From: Tubulanus polymorphus
Lineage: Eukaryota; Animalia; Nemertea
Direction: 5' to 3'
NCBI RefSeq assembly: GCF_964204645.1
Contig: NC_134027.1
Span: 17,260,560 to 17,324,559 of the forward strand
DNA length: 64,000 nt
Program-made: the position numbers and the translations under genes
Notes under the pieces: model-generated
Database searches by the model: none
What the model saw: the letters and a program-made list of their open reading frames with translations, nothing else
What the model was told of the DNA's origin: nothing
Shown here: positions 63,182 through 64,000 of the stretch, piece by piece
How the letters are laid out: each line of letters opens with the position of its first letter
How positions within the stretch are numbered: position 1 is the stretch's first letter

Positions 63182-64000
63182 ATGGAAGAAGATATTCCAA
63201 TGGATACTTTTGGTGACGCCCTTGGTATAAGTGATGAACCACAACCTGATTTTAAGGAAACTAATATTGATAATGATGATGGATCAGCATATAATAATAA
63301 TTTAAATAATGATGAAGACGATGATCCATCATATAATTCTAGTTTAGCTGATGAAGATGATGGTGTAATTGATTACGAAACGCGTGAAAAGTTTAAAGAA
63401 TATATGACAGCTCCCGAAAGGGAAGTTATTAAACCCGTAACATTTAGAAAAGATTTAATGAATAGATTAGTAAATACAACTGATCCTTATTTGAAAGGGC
63501 AATTATATGGAATGAAAAGTAGAGTAATAGATACAATTGTTAACGAATTATTACCAAAAGATGTAATAGATAAAGTTGATACAATAGATATTGTAATGCA
63601 AATTTTAAAAGATGATCCACATTTCATAAATAATTTAGAATTTAAAAATGATGCATGGTTTTATAATGTTGAATTAAATAACAAAACTGCATCAATACAA
63701 TTATCTAGAATGAGTCAAGAAAATATTTTTGAACCTGGAATGCGAGCAGGATCTACAATTGAACGTTCAAAAGGTGGTTCAGAATTTCTCAGAATTATAT
63801 GGAATGCACTCGATAGAATAAATGAAGAAGAACCAAATGTTGGTATCGATATTAACAAATATTCACCATTTAAAAATCCAAATCTAAATCCTACTGATGT
63901 TGATCCAGAAATGGAAGAATATGGAGCTCGATTAGATAAATTAAGAACTTCAACACCAGAAACATCGAGAAGAGATATTCAACAAATTGATAATGATTCA
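63182..64000 (+). CDS. Acidic N-terminal part of the large protein homologous to 44700 (open to the window end)
   Basis: TAAATG start; MEEDIPMDTFGD...EPQPDFKET matches EDIGMDNFD...EQPPDFSET; same gene position as in element B. Confidence 0.6.
   Translation, partial: MEEDIPMDTFGDALGISDEPQPDFKETNIDNDDGSAYNNNLNNDEDDDPSYNSSLADEDDGVIDYETREKFKEYMTAPEREVIKPVTFRKDLMNRLVNTTDPYLKGQLYGMKSRVIDTIVNELLPKDVIDKVDTIDIVMQILKDDPHFINNLEFKNDAWFYNVELNNKTASIQLSRMSQENIFEPGMRAGSTIERSKGGSEFLRIIWNALDRINEEEPNVGIDINKYSPFKNPNLNPTDVDPEMEEYGARLDKLRTSTPETSRRDIQQIDNDS

Larger units (their letters stand above)
57067..64000 (+). mobile_element. Polinton fragment A4: half hairpin plus structural-gene module, running off the window end
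   Basis: Inner hairpin arm at 57067-57127, then colinear homologs of element B genes at 41143-45000. Confidence 0.88.

Overview
Eukaryotic (invertebrate-like, with spliceosomal introns) repeat-dense window made mostly of nested mobile elements. The centrepiece is a bounded 16,075-bp Polinton/Maverick-type endogenous virus (33945-50019; ~319-bp TIRs, 6-bp TSD CGAATC). Its protein-primed DNA polymerase B carries a full-size LAGLIDADG intein inside catalytic motif C (YFD|...|TDS) that closely resembles giant-virus PolB inteins. The same element encodes a VLTF3-like (poxvirus A2-type) late transcription factor, and almost every gene starts in a TAAATG poxvirus-late-type initiator. Four further Polinton fragments carry self-complementary terminal hairpins (or half of one), and one encodes a large-DNA-virus-type HNH nuclease. 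Together these suggest (inference) an animal Polinton lineage that lived as a virophage-like partner of a cytoplasmic large DNA virus. All copies here are pseudogenised. Also present: CR1 and L2 LINEs, a DIRS element, a Penelope fragment, two solo LTRs, a gag-only LTR element, 9-bp-TSD non-autonomous DNA transposons, a spliced SGNH-hydrolase plus MULE-transposase gene, a SINE and one probable host beta-propeller exon. All family assignments are by eye from motifs; no searches were run.
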